Part shown: piece after piece, positions 22,920-35,219 of the stretch
Numbering within the stretch: the stretch's first letter is position 1
Layout of the letters: every line of letters begins with the position of its first letter
Assembly: GCA_036785375.1 (NCBI GenBank)
Contig: JAWMAR010000635.1
Coordinates: 558,001-622,000, forward strand
Reading direction: 5' to 3'
Length of the DNA: 64,000 nt
Source of the DNA: Leucoraja ocellata
Taxonomy: Eukaryota
Program-made: the position numbers and the translations under genes
The notes under the pieces: generated by a model
Database searches by the model: none
What the model saw: only the letters and a program-made list of their open reading frames with translations
What the model was told of the DNA's origin: nothing

Positions 22920-25127
22920 TTAATTTACAATTTGAGAGGGAGAAGGGAAAATCGGAAGCGTCAGTATTACAATTAAACAAAGGGGACCATGGAGCCATGA
23001 GGGAGGAGCTGGCTAAAGTTGACTGGAAAGATACCAGGGATGATAGTGGAACAACAATGGCAGGTATTTCTGGGAATAATAGAGAAGGCGCAGGATTAGT
23101 TCATTCCAAAGAAGAAGAAAGATTCCAAGGGGATTAAGGGTTCATTGCAAAAGGATTTGAGTATAGGAGCAGGGAGGTTCTACTGCAGTTGTACAGGGTC
23201 TTGGTGAGACCACACCTGGAGTATTGCGTACAGTTTTGGTCTCCAAATCTGAAGAAGGACATTCTTGCCATAGAAGGAGTGCAGAGAAGGTTCACCAGAC
23301 TGATTCCTGGGATGTCAGGACTGTCTTATGAAGAAAGACTGGATAGACTTGGTTTATACTCTCTAGAATTTAGGAGACTGAGAGGGGATCTTATAGAAAC
23401 TTACAAAATTCTTAAGGGGTTGGACAGGCTAGATGCAGGAAGATTGCTCCCGATGTTGAGGAAGTCCAGGACAAGGGGTCACAGCTTAAGGATAAGGGGG
23501 AAATCCTTTAAAACTGAGATGAGAAGAACTTTTTTCACACAGAGAGTGGTGAATCTCTGGAATTCTCTGCCACAGAGGGTAGTCGAAGCCAGTTCATTGG
23601 CTATATTTAAGAGGGAGTTAGATGTGGCCCTTGTGGCTAAGGGGATTAGAGGGAATGATGAGAAGGCAGGTACGGGATACTGAGTTGGATGATCAGCCAT
23701 GGACATATTGAATGGCGGTGCAGGCTCGAAGGACCGAATGGCCTACTCCTGCACCTGTTTCTAAGGGGCGACCGTGGCTGACAAGGGAAGTCAGGGACAG
23801 TATAAAAATAAAAGAGAAGTATAACATGATGACAAAGATGAGCGGGAAGCAAGAGGATTGGGAAACATTTAAAGAGCAACAGAAGATAACTAAAAAGGCA
23901 ATACGGGGAGAAAAGATGAAGTATGAAGGTAAGCTAGCAAAGAATATAAAGGAGGATAGTAAAAGCTTCTTTAGGTTTGTGAAGAGGAAAAAAATAGTTC
24001 AGACCAATGTTGAACCCTTGAAGACTGAAACAGGTGAATTTATTATGGGGAACAAGGAAATGGCAGATGAGTTGAACAGATACTTTGGATGCATCTTCAC
24101 TAAGGAAGACACAAAGAATCTCCCTGATGTACTAGTGGCCAGAGGATCTAGGGTGACTGAGGAACTGAAGGAGATTCACATTAGGCAGGAAATGGTGTTG
24201 GGTAGACTGATGTGGCTGAAGGATGATTAATCCCCAGGGCCTGATGGTCTGCATCCCAGGGTACTTAAGGAAGTGGCTCCCACATAGGCGATTAGTGAGC
24301 AAAATTAGAGTGCATGGTATTGGGGGTAGTGTGCTGACAATAGACAATAGACAATAGACAATAGGTGCAGGAGTAGACCATTCGGCCCTTCGAGCCATTC
24401 AATGTGATCATGGCTGATCATCTCCATTCAGTACAATTCTCTGGATGCTTTCAAGAGAAAGTTAGATAGAGCTCTTAAAGTCAGGGGATATGGGGAGAAG
24501 GCAGGAACAAGGTACTGTAGTGGCCATTTGGCCTGTTTTGCATGTCATTGAGGATGGCATGTGCCTTTAAATTTTAGACTGCCCGTTATATTGTGGGTGG
24601 GATTTATGACGTGTTTTGGCCGTGTTTGGAGCTTAGATGCTTGTGCAGAAGTTTAGTTTTTAGATTAGTTTGGAGAGACGATGGGGAAGGTTAACCCTTC
24701 AACCATGTGGGCCATGCAGGGTCCATTCGAGATATAAAGGAGATAATGCCTGTGTAACGGAGACACGAGGAGTTTTCTAATGTTTAAAGTAATAAGCTGG
24801 AGTTCGATGAAGATTGCAGTAACGTCGGAAGAAGTTTGGATGTATCTTACAGTTTTTTTTATCAGCAATAAAGCACATTCATCAAAAGTGTGTTTTTAAG
24901 CCATATCTGTGAAAAGGCTCTGAAGGTCTCTGTGAGTGAGCTCGCATGCGTTTCGAAGACACCCCCTTCAGCCATGCTCATCCATTTAGAGACTAGGGTG
25001 CTAATTTCCCGAAAGATATGAAAATCTGCGGCTACTGATTGGGGATGATCAGCCATGATCACAGTGAATGGCAGTGCTGGCTCGAAGGGCCGAATGGCCT
25101 ACTCCTGCACCTATTGTCTATTGTCTA
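22920..25127 (+). mobile_element. CR1 mosaic: internally deleted host copy with nested young CR1 (23138-23762), inverted tail piece and solo LTR
   Basis: PWLTREV..IKEDSKSFFRFV..MADELNRYF (ORF2 linker); LVRPHLEYCVQFWSP (RT C-terminus). Confidence 0.85.
24516..25035 (+). mobile_element. Probable solo LTR (about 520 bp) inside a CR1 3' UTR
   Basis: Interrupts GGTAC|TGATTGGGG; ends TGTAGTGGC...GCGGCTAC; AATAAA at about 24868; terminal A and TSD unclear. Confidence 0.55.
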
Positions 25128-25809
25128 ATCTCTGAATCTCTGGAACATCTAAAGAAGGGTCTCGAGCCAAAACATATTCTATTCCTTTTCTCCAGAGATG
25201 CTGTCTGACCCGCTGAGTTATGCCAGCTTTTAATGTCTATCTTCTGGAACTTTCTGCCTTGGAGGCTGGTGGGAGCTGGATCACATGAAGTATTTTAAGT
25301 TGAGGTCGATAAATATTTGACAGTTGGAGGAATAGAAGGGTATGGAGAAACGGCACAGAAGAGGAGCGGAAGCCAGCCCAGCTCAAGCATGATCATATTA
25401 AAGGGTGGGACATGCCAGATGGTCTACAACTGCTCCAATTTCTTTGTGTTCTTTCCTCATGTTCTTGTTCTTGTGTAGATGGACTTTGCTATCATTTAGG
25501 ATCAGCGTGCTCCTTTACCCACTCATTGTGTAATTGTCCACCATCATTCACGACCGGATATGTCATGATCAGAAGGCTTTGATCTGATTGATTGCTGAGC
25601 TCCATCTCCAGCAAGCTGCCTCTGCTATTTATCACTCCTGTAGCCTTGTTTTGTAGCGTCACTAGTTTAGCGCCTCATTTTCAGGCCTGCTTGGTACTGC
25701 CGTACAAGGAATTATATTGGGTTGTTAATTCAGAAAGAAAAGGGAAACAAAATACTTAGCAGATAAGAATATGTGAAAATAATGTTTAAACAAATCAAGT
25801 ATTTGCTGA

Positions 25810-26098
25810 GGTTACACAAAAAAGCTGGAGAAACTCAGCGGGTGCAGCAGCATCTATGGAGCGAAGGAGATAGGCAACGTTTCGGGCCGAAACCCTTCTT
25901 CAGACTGATCGGGGGCGGGGGTGGGTGGGGACAAGAAAGGGAAAAGGAGGAGTAGCCAGAAGGCTGGGGGATGGGAGGAGACAGCAGGGGGGCTAAGGAA
26001 GGGGAGGAGACAGCAAGGACTAACAAAATTGGGAAACCACCTTGAAGAAGTTCTCCTCTTCTCTCCGGAGACAGTTTCACAACCTCCCCACCTTGAAG
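25810..26098 (-). mobile_element. PLE pseudo-LTR fragment with hammerhead core
   Basis: 13-bp TSD AAGTATTTGCTGA at 25797-25809 and 26099-26111. Confidence 0.8.
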
Positions 26099-26479
26099 AA
26101 GTATTTGCTGATGTCTGAAGATAAATTCAAGCAGCCTATAGTTAGAATTGTGAAATATAAAATGAATAAAGCCACTTGACATACGCAATAAGATATGTAA
26201 GTTAGTCATTTTACCTGTAGAGGATTGTAACAAATGTTACTGTTCATCAGTATAATAGTAAGATTAAACGAGAACTTACCAGTTTGAAGTTTGATCTGTA
26301 CTTTATGAGGAGTTACGATGAGGGATTACGTGAAGAACCCGCTCAGCGGGCATGCGCGGCACACTTCCAAGCAGCGGTGTGGAATCACAGATAGACACAG
26401 TTATTTGAAGTAAACATAGTAAAGAAAAGGTGACATCAATTATTAGTTTGATCCATATAATGAGGGTGGGAGCGGAGGG

Positions 26480-26592
26480 CACGTTATCCCTCATCGTAAC
26501 TCCTCATAAAATACAGATCAAACTTCAAACTGGTAAGTTCTCATTTAATCTTACTATTTTACTTCGGAGTCACGTGAGTGACTACGTGAAGA
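26480..26592. repeat. DIRS internal complementary region (ICR)
   Basis: 26480-26558 is the inverse of 26254-26332; 26556-26592 is the inverse of about 31063-31099. Confidence 0.93.
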
Positions 26593-26757
26593 CTTCAAAG
26601 CTCTGTGATTTCAAACCGTGTAACAGTTTTATTTCACTCACTGCCGAAGTTCTTGAGGGAGGAAGTGTTATCGTAATCAACCAATGAATCTGTTTTTCAA
26701 GAAACAAAAAAGGTATTTATTAACAATAACAAAATAAATTGCTCCCCCAGGCTTAAA

Positions 26758-27741
26758 TTAAATATTTACAGCTTGTAATATTTTCTCTGCAAATAAATCA
26801 GGTTTCGTCAACGGCTTATTATAAAAAGTTCTGAATGTCGTTTCCCTCGACCATCCTGCTGTATTCAGAATATGGTCAACCGGTACGTCCATTCTCTCGG
26901 CCGTTGATGTAGATGCTGCCCTAGTGGAATGAGATTTGAATGTATTAGTATCTATTCCTGCAGCCTTCAGTACCTGTTTGAGCCATCTTGAAATGGTTTG
27001 GCTCGTTACCCGGCCATGAGGTTTCTTGTGGCTGACCCATAAGGCTTTTTCACTCCCTCTGATATTGTGGGTTGTGTCTATGTAATGTTGTAGATGGGTC
27101 ACGACACACAACTGTGGCTCTGGTTGGTAGGCCCGGAATACCACTACTGGATTAGCTGTTCCTGGCCTGCTTTGTTTCACCAGACCCTGTATGATGAATC
27201 TGATCAGATCTGGGGCGGTCACTATGTTGTCCAGCCTCAACTTGTGTAGTGACTGGACCCTCTGAGCGGATACGAGTGCCATCAACATGAGCGTCTTTAG
27301 TGTAGCTTGCTCGAGGCCGAGGAATCTGGCTGGTGGCCATTCCCTGAGGTATGTCAGGACCACACTGATGTCCCAAATATGGGTATACCTGGGCTTAGGG
27401 GGCTTGATATTGTAAATGCCCATCATCAGTTTTACCACCAGTGGATGGGATCCTATCGCCTGTTGTCCTGCTGGTTTGAGATAAGCAGAAAGAGCACTCC
27501 GCGCTGTGTTGATGGCACTGTAGCTGATCCTTTCATCGTGGTGTAGATAGGCCAGGAACTCCAGTACGTTGGTGGCTGTGGCTGTTGCGTACATTGTCCC
27601 TGTTTCCTGGCAGTACTTCTCCCATTTTTTTATGCTGGTTAAGTACTGCCTCTTGGTGGATGTTCGAAGGGATGCCGACATGGTGGTGATGGTTCGTTCG
27701 GACAATCCCAGTTCCAGGTAAGGTCTGTTCAAAACCTGCAA
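26758..27741 (-). CDS. DIRS tyrosine recombinase (open frame)
   Basis: N-terminal STKRQY..WEKYC and SYSAINTARSALS; catalytic R (SAQR), HSTR, AGW, Y (TFYNK). Confidence 0.92.
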   Translation of the reverse strand: MQVLNRPYLELGLSERTITTMSASLRTSTKRQYLTSIKKWEKYCQETGTMYATATATNVLEFLAYLHHDERISYSAINTARSALSAYLKPAGQQAIGSHPLVVKLMMGIYNIKPPKPRYTHIWDISVVLTYLREWPPARFLGLEQATLKTLMLMALVSAQRVQSLHKLRLDNIVTAPDLIRFIIQGLVKQSRPGTANPVVVFRAYQPEPQLCVVTHLQHYIDTTHNIRGSEKALWVSHKKPHGRVTSQTISRWLKQVLKAAGIDTNTFKSHSTRAASTSTAERMDVPVDHILNTAGWSRETTFRTFYNKPLTKPDLFAEKILQAVNI

Positions 27742-28184
27742 CCCAGGAGTTTAATTTTCTCATGGCATGGGTGGCTTATGCCTGATACTGGGTGAGTTAA
27801 TAATCCTGGATCACTGGGAAAGACCATTGGTGCTTCAACCACCATGTCATGCAGAACTGGGAACCATGGCTGTGTAGGCCAGTCGGGCACCATCAAAATA
27901 CCAGAAGCAGAGTCCATCTGCATTTTGCGAAGTACCCGACTGATGAGGCAGAAGGGAGGGAAAGCATAGAAGAAGAAATTTCTCCAATCCAGCGTGAAGG
28001 CATCTACCGCTGCTGCCTCTGGGTCTGGTTCCCAAGCGACATACATAGGTAACTGGTGATTTAGTCTTGATGCAAATAAATCGATATCTGGCGTTCCATA
28101 TTGCTTAATAACTTTAACAAATACTTTAGGGTTTATCATCCATTCGATGTTGTCATTGAATTTGTGTGACCTGGTGTCTGCCAC
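27729..28184 (-). pseudogene. DIRS Dam-like adenine methyltransferase domain (C-terminus of pol)
   Basis: DIDLFASRLNHQLP, AVDAF..DW, YAFPPF, VPDWPTQPWFP. Confidence 0.88.
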
Positions 28185-29752
28185 TGTGTTTAGCTTACCT
28201 GGTAGATAAGTAGCTGATGGTCAAATATGTCTTTCGACACACCATTGCCAAATCATGTTGACCAATTTGTCGCATGATAATGATTTTATGCCGCCCATAT
28301 GGTTAATATAAGCCACCACGTAGTATTATCAATTTGTAACTGAACATGCAAATGCTGCATATTAGATATATATGCTTTTAAACCATAAAAGGCGCCCAAC
28401 ATCTCTAGATAGTTAATGCCCAGTGTAAGTAGTAATGATGACTCTAGGTTAGTCCATCTACCACCTGTGCTGGATATGGAGTTAGTTGCTCCCCAGCCTT
28501 GAGCACTGGCATCTGTTTGAAGGACTAAAGTAGGGTTAGTGATGATGATAGGGCTGAAAATATGCCAAACGTTTTCTGCCCACCACTGTAGCTCTGATAT
28601 TGCTTCAGTGGGTAATTCCAAGACACGATCATAGTGACCTGTGTGTCGTTTTAATGCCTGTACCTTTGCTCTTTGTAAATTTTGATAGTGCAAAGGTCCG
28701 AATTGTGTAGCCGGAAATGCTGCTACCATTTTCCCAATCACTCTTGCTACTTGTCGAATAGTTGGTCACTTGTTGACCATTAAATTGTTGCATGATTGTG
28801 CTAATGCAACCATTTTTGCCTTTGGCAAGGTAACAGTCATATGGACTGAGTTAATTGTGAAGCCCAGGTAGTCCATGATAGTGGATGGCTTCAATTTAGA
28901 TTTATCTGGATGTAGGACGAACCCCAGAGTTTCGAGGAGCTGTTTTGTAGCTGATACTGCTGCCACAGCCAATTCCATCGTTTTCCCTACTATCAGAATA
29001 TCATCCAGATATGCCATGACAATATGTTTTTGTTTTCCTAGTATTGCCATGGCTGGTTTCAATATTTTGGTGAATAATCTTGGGGCTGAAGTTATTACAT
29101 TGGGCAATGCTTTGTACTGCCATAGCTGCCCCAACCAGATAAATTTTAGGTATCTGCAATGATCCTTGTGTATGGGTATTAGATAGTAAGCATCTTTAAG
29201 ATCAATGCTTGCCATGAAGTATCCTTTGGAAATCAGTTGTTTGGCAGTAACAAATGTCTCCATTTTGAAATGTATATACTTAACAAACTTATTTAGTGAT
29301 GTTAAGTCAATGATGATGCTACATTCACCATCTTTTTTGGTTTTAGTGAATATATTCGATACAAATTCCAAAGGTTCATGTTTGGTCTTTTCGATGACCT
29401 CCTTTGTGATAAGTCTCACCAGTTCAGCTTGTCCCTCACATTTCTCTTTGACGGAGGGAGAAAATACCCTTTGGGGCCAATGTTGAACTGGCGGCGATTT
29501 TTCTGACATGAACTGTATTTTATATCCACTAATGCTGTTGAGTATATACTTGTCACTCGTGACCGTACCCCATGCTTCTTTAAACAAGTGTAATCTCCCC
29601 CCTGTTAGTAAAGCACCCTTATTCTCTATATGCTGGCAGGAACCAGACCCACCTACCTCCATGGTTATTGGCGTTTCTTCTGTTTCCTCATGTGCTTGAA
29701 GGCTTTGCTTGTCTGACGTGCTGGCGATGTTGGGGGGTGGCGCATTTTCCAT
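28185..29752 (-). pseudogene. DIRS reverse transcriptase and RNase H, disrupted
   Basis: IDLKDAY, YLDD, YLGF; TDAS, INYLEM, DNTT; TGA at 28766, frameshift after DNTT (about 28320), second TGA at about 28221. Confidence 0.92.
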
Positions 29753-30756
29753 GGGGTCCGCTCTGGGCCCTGATCTAAAAAAGATCTTTGGGGATAAAAT
29801 GCGGTCCCCGAGCTTTCACCAGTCCCATATTGAGGACGTCGACTGGTGGATGCCGTGGGGTGCTGCCGCTTGGGTATTGTAGGTCTTGGTTTGCTTGTCC
29901 CGGGGCCTGCCCTCATGAGGCCGAAAGTTTTCGCTGCTTCCTCCATGTCCCTCAGTTTCTTGGTGAGGTCCTTCCCAAATAACAGAGCGTCCGTCTCTGC
30001 AGCTGGGGCTCTGCGCAACCCAGCAAATTTGGGATTGAGCGCAGGTCTTATGATTTCCCGCCAGAGATTATTAATCTCAAATTGAGTGTTGCACATCAAT
30101 GCCAGCACATCCTGCAGGCAGGTATCCATCTCCGTGCTTTCCACAGAACGAGCAAAGGCTGTGATGGCCGATGTCAGGAGCCTTAGGATCCGCTGTAGCT
30201 TTAGTTCATGGTTACGAATGTGTGACCCCACGTGCCCCCAGATTTGGCTGTTCACACTCTGCACTCTGAGGGCCTCACAGTTCTCTGGTGCTGTGTAGAG
30301 ATCTAGCGCCTCAGAAAGCACCTTCTCCTGCAAGGGCTTATTTGAAAGATGGTTGATGCTGGCTGCCAATTTCGGTTCCTGCGGTCTTCCAGCACGTGGG
30401 GTTGCTACATAGCGGTCCACCACACCCAGCAGCTCTTCCTGCTCCTGCACCCCTTGCATACTCCCGAACTCATCCGCCAGCCCCTGTTCCAGACCAGTCC
30501 AGCCCTGGTCACCAATGCTAGCCTCCAGTGATGAGGGAGCAGAGGGCAGTGCGCAAGACACTGTGGAGGAGGTGCCTGACCTTCCTCCGCGAGAATGCTC
30601 TTTCTGTGTATCCCGCTGGAGCATCTGCTCCAAGAGCTGTTGTATGCAGCTCAGGCGGCTGTCTCTCCTCCGTTTAGGTGGAGACATGTCCCCCTCCGAC
30701 GAATCGGAAATCACCAGCCGGTTAGTTTTCCTGATGGATTTTTTCTGTTCAGGCAT
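29665..30756 (-). CDS. DIRS gag-like ORF1 (true start probably further upstream, near 30893, across a frameshift)
   Basis: 363 aa ORF upstream of and overlapping RT; PENC..L.V..VN..IW and LLFGKDL.K motifs typical of DIRS ORF1. Confidence 0.75.
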   Translation of the reverse strand: MPEQKKSIRKTNRLVISDSSEGDMSPPKRRRDSRLSCIQQLLEQMLQRDTQKEHSRGGRSGTSSTVSCALPSAPSSLEASIGDQGWTGLEQGLADEFGSMQGVQEQEELLGVVDRYVATPRAGRPQEPKLAASINHLSNKPLQEKVLSEALDLYTAPENCEALRVQSVNSQIWGHVGSHIRNHELKLQRILRLLTSAITAFARSVESTEMDTCLQDVLALMCNTQFEINNLWREIIRPALNPKFAGLRRAPAAETDALLFGKDLTKKLRDMEEAAKTFGLMRAGPGTSKPRPTIPKRQHPTASTSRRPQYGTGESSGTAFYPQRSFLDQGPERTPWKMRHPPTSPARQTSKAFKHMRKQKKRQ

Positions 30757-33659
30757 TAGCGGGACTGGGCTTGGCTCGGTGTCGGGGATGGCGGAGCGCT
30801 CTATGAGCGGTCCTGCCGCCTGTTGTTGCCCCCCTGAGATTTCCTCTGGTGGAGTTGAGTGGGGGGCAGTTCTCTTTTCCTAAGTGTACTCATTTCTGTA
30901 AGTAGAAACACGCACACGACTCTCCTTCTCCGTTAGACTCCTTCCACAACTCAGTGTAATTACCTAACGGTCCGTTTTTTAAACTGCAGTGGGAGAGCCT
31001 AACTCCAGCTGCCGCCGCAGTTGCATTGCTGGCGTAATGCCGCGCATGCGCGCTGAGCGTGTTCTTCACGTAGTCACTCACGTGACTCCGAAGTAAAATT
31101 ATAAACACTGGGGTAGAACATTTTATAAAGAGTGTGTACATGGCTATGAGAAAATCTAAAACTGTACTGACAGCTCAGTAAGGAAAAAGGAAGATATTTC
31201 CAAATAAAAAGCCAGTACTTTGGTCAGGATTTACTTTGTGTTCATTTTGGTCACTGACACACAAAGCAATCAGTTAAGGACCTGGCACCAGTTCAAAGAT
31301 GTCACAAGACTGATCTCTGGTATCAAAGGTTTAAGTTCTGTTGAATGACTGGGGGAAATTTGAGCTCTTTGGCTTTGAAACAAGGTAACTTAGTGAGGCC
31401 TTATAGAATTTGGAAGATGTTAAACAGTATGGATAAAGTTGATGCAAAGAACTGCTTCAAGGTGCTCAGGAAGAAACAAGAGGGCATTGTTCAAAACTGG
31501 ATTTATGACAGATGTCAGGAAGAGGTTTGTCATGTTCTTTATCATCAACATTTGGAATGGTTTTACAAAAGGAGTATTGGAGGTGCAAACCTTAGATTCA
31601 TTCACAGGACGTAGGAACATACAAAGAAGAGAACACCATTAAGCCCTTCAAACTTGTTAAACCAACAGATGAATGATGGGGTAAAATAAGTTGCTTTCAT
31701 CTGTATATTTCCAATGATCACCATCAAATTTAAATCATATGGAAGACAATTTACAAATTGATACACAAGCTTATTTTTGGAGTTCAAAAGTTGTTTATTG
31801 CTAACAACTAGAAATGATACCTTAAGTACCTTAAAGAAAATGTCAAGTAAAAGCATTTGAACACAATTCAGGACAACGGTTCACCTTTTAAAATATATTT
31901 AATGTATGCTCTACTGAGACTTTAGTAAATATTTTTCATCTGGTACTGTATGTACATCAGACCTACACGATAATTTAGAGTGTGTGCTTTAAACAATAGC
32001 AGATAGAGTTGACATTGTTGTTTTGTTCTGCCAGACAAGTTTAGATAAAATTTACCTCAGAATTATTGAAAACTGGCCAGAAACACCAATCAAAACAGAA
32101 CAGCTTAGGAACAATTAGTTACATAAAACACTTACTCCAGTGTTTGAGGAGAGAAACAGTAACACTAAGCAACTCCTCCAAGAATATGAATCATGAGAAA
32201 CAAAGAAGAAATTATTCTGCTCCCAGCAATTTTCATCCCCTTTGTGTGACACAATCATCTAGAATATCCAACCAAATTGGTTTGGGATGATGCAAATCTA
32301 CCTTTACAGTTTTATTTCACATTTAATGTTATTTTAAATTATTGATATTTTATGGTATTTCAACAATTACAATCTAGTAGCATATGTTTCAATACTGGTG
32401 TGGTGCTTTGTTTATTTCTTAATGTTCTACTGTTGCAAATCCTTCATTATTAAAAATGTATTTATGTGAATATTCAGTATATTTGCACGTTTCTTGTTGG
32501 AGGCAGCATACCAATTCTCATAACTCATGCTTTGGAACAAGTCCCTTTTAGCCCTTATGTTTTTTTTTACAAATATCCATTGAATGTGTGGATACATTTT
32601 ATTCAGAAGCCCGTACACACAGATGAGAATTCATCATAAGGCAGCACAGGCTTTGTGAGATGACACTGGGACGGCGGTAGAAAAGGGATGAGGAAGGCCC
32701 TGAATGCTTATCATTAAGAATAAAACTCATACTTCTAGATCCACAGTAATCGCTTGCATACTGATGCGCTCTGAGAACCATTGCTTTGCAAGAATATAAA
32801 TAAAACATAACTTTACAAACCACTGAGCGCGCCTATAAGTGTTGATAAAGCAGAAAAACAGTCCAAGGTCAAGCTGAAAAAAATTACTTCAAGCAGCAAA
32901 AAAAAGATTGATAATAGAAAGGAGAGAATAAACAGCGCAGAGGATTTTATTAATGCTGTTTGTGTAGAGCACAAGCTGTGTAGTGTTTGTAGATTTTTAC
33001 AGTGAGATCAGAAGAAGGCAATGCACAATGGATGGCACTTAAAATGTCTGAAGGACTCCTCTTCTAATCTCTTCATTCTTCATGACTCGATGTTGTCCTT
33101 GACCCATCCCTGGACTCATGTGCCTGTAACTCCTACTCAAAGCCATTGCATTCCTGTGGCCACTTGCTGAGGACTGGGCCAGCTGACACCTCATCCTTCA
33201 ACACCTAACAGGGCCCTGATTGAAATGGAGCAGGGACCCAGCGGCAATTCAGCCGCTTGAAGCACACCCTGAGTTCCTCCCAAACTCCATGACTACCCAC
33301 ACTTGCAAGCATTTCTGTAGCCAACTCTGGGAAAGTCTGTGAATCAAAACCCACTCAAATGAAATGAAAAGGAATATTGGAGGACCCTGGTGAGCCTTGA
33401 TCAGTGTAAAAAACTCTGAAATTTCCCAAAATGTCTCTGACTCGCTTAAAAACTGATCAAAAAGATTAAAATTATGTGAAAGTTAAATAAATAAGTGTAA
33501 CACATTTAATTTGACACAAATAATTACAATGTAAAATAAATTAAAATAATCACAAGCTTATCTGCGTGCCCCATTCTTTCTGACAAGTTTGTCAACTTCA
33601 TGAAGTTACTTTAACACCAACACTTTCGAGCCTAAAGCTAAAGAGTTAGATTAAAGGCG

Positions 33660-33822
33660 ATGTGGTGGCACAGCGGTAGAGTTGCTGCCTTACAGCTCCC
33701 TTACAGGTGTGTGTAAGATAGTGTTAACATGCTGGGATCATTGGTCGGCACAGACTCAGTGGGCCGAAGGGCCTGTTTCCACACTGTATCTCTGAACTAA
33801 ACTGAACTAAACTAAAACTAAA
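33660..33822 (+). mobile_element. HE1-like SINE, internally deleted
   Basis: Head GTGGCACAGCGGTAGAGTTGCTGCC joined to the tail and (CTAAA)n. Confidence 0.75.
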
Positions 33823-34009
33823 AATATGAAATCCGCTCACACACTTACTTTTTAGCATATCACTGCTCTGCCGTTAAGATGAATAGTTTACCCAGTGCAG
33901 GAGCATCTGTGCTGGCAGCAGACCTCCAGCTTGTCATGAATGTTCACCTTTCACTGTGCATGCACAGGTCACTTTGTTAATCTGAGCTACCTGTGGCTAA
34001 TCACCTTCA

Positions 34010-34682
34010 GGAAACATAGATACATAGATACATACACAATAGGTGCAGGAGTAGGCCACAGACACAGATAAATAGGAGTAGGCCATTCGGCTCATCAAGC
34101 CAGCACTGCCATTCAATATGATCATGGCTGATCATCCACAATCCTGAAGAAGGGTTTCGGCCCGAAACGTTGCCTGTTTCCTTCGCTCCATAAATGCTGC
34201 TGCACCCGCTGAGTTTCTCCAGCTTTTTTGTGTACCGTCCACAATCAGTACCCCATTCCTGCCTTCTCCCCATATCCTTTGATTATAGAAAATAGGTGCA
34301 GGAGGAGGCCATTCGGCCCCGAGTCAGCCCTGAGTTAGCCCTTCTGCTAGCCCTGAGCTCTATCTAATTCTCTTTTGAATGCATCATGTGAATCGGCCTC
34401 CATTGCCTTCTGAGGCAGAGAATTCCACAAATTCACAACTCTCCGTTTTTTTTATCATCTCAGTTCTAAATAGCCTAAAAAAACTGTGCCCCTGGTTCTG
34501 GACTCCCCCAACATTGGGAACACGTTTCATGCATCTAATGTGTTCAATCCCTTAATAATTTTATATTTTTCTATATGGTACCCAATCATCCTTCTAAATT
34601 CCAGTGATACAAGCCTAGTCTCTTTCATCATATGACAGTCCCACCAACCCGGGAATTAACCTCGTGAACCTACGCTGCACAG
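34010..34682 (-). mobile_element. CR1 3' ends (stacked) with a 94-bp PLE mini-insert at 34144-34237
   Basis: Reverse-complement CR1 tail; insert flanked by TCCACAATC at 34135-34143 and 34238-34246. Confidence 0.8.
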
Positions 34683-35219
34683 CAGCTATCAGCAACGTTT
34701 CATCCAAAAAATTAAAACAGATTGATGCCTGGTTGTTTTGGGCTATTAAAATACAAAACGATGCATATTTTGCCACCCAGAGTTTAATCTAAAACATACA
34801 ATTACTGGGGTTTTACGCCATTGATCTTATACTACAGCAGGCGTCATGGTCCATTCTATGTGTATATGTGCATTTTAAAACTGATAGTTTAAAAAATTAT
34901 GCTGTCTCCTGTTCTGTGTTGCTTTTGAAACATACGGTGAGAAATGACCAGCAAATAATTCAAGGATGTTCTGAGATTTGCAATGGGATTAAGAACCTTC
35001 ATTCATTCATCAGGCAGATGGATGCTGAACAAAAATGGCGAAACAAACATATGACCTCCCAAACTACATGCCTACCCGCACTACAAGGATCTCTGTACCC
35101 GACTCTGGGAAAGTCTGTCAATCAAAACCCACTAAACTGAGGTGGAAGCAACACTCTCAATTCTAAGAGGCTGCTGAAGAGGGAGAGAGAGAAACTGAAA
35201 GATAGAAAGAGAAAGAGAG

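Larger units (their letters stand above)
26254..31099 (-). mobile_element. Full-length DIRS1-like tyrosine-recombinase retrotransposon
   Basis: gag-RT-RH-MT-YR order; ITR 26327-26361 vs 31038-31072 (33/35 match); ICR 26480-26592 complementary to both termini; AAT at both ends. Confidence 0.96.

Noticed and set aside
26758-28184. Phage integrase plus Dam methylase as prophage or bacterial contamination
   Set aside because: Both lie within a DIRS element with RT/RH, ITR and ICR, flanked by vertebrate repeats
33275-35150. ~85-bp direct repeat (about 33275-33362 and 35055-35140) as LTR pair
   Set aside because: Diverged, no TG...CA ends or TSD; more consistent with two old RTE-like 3' remnants
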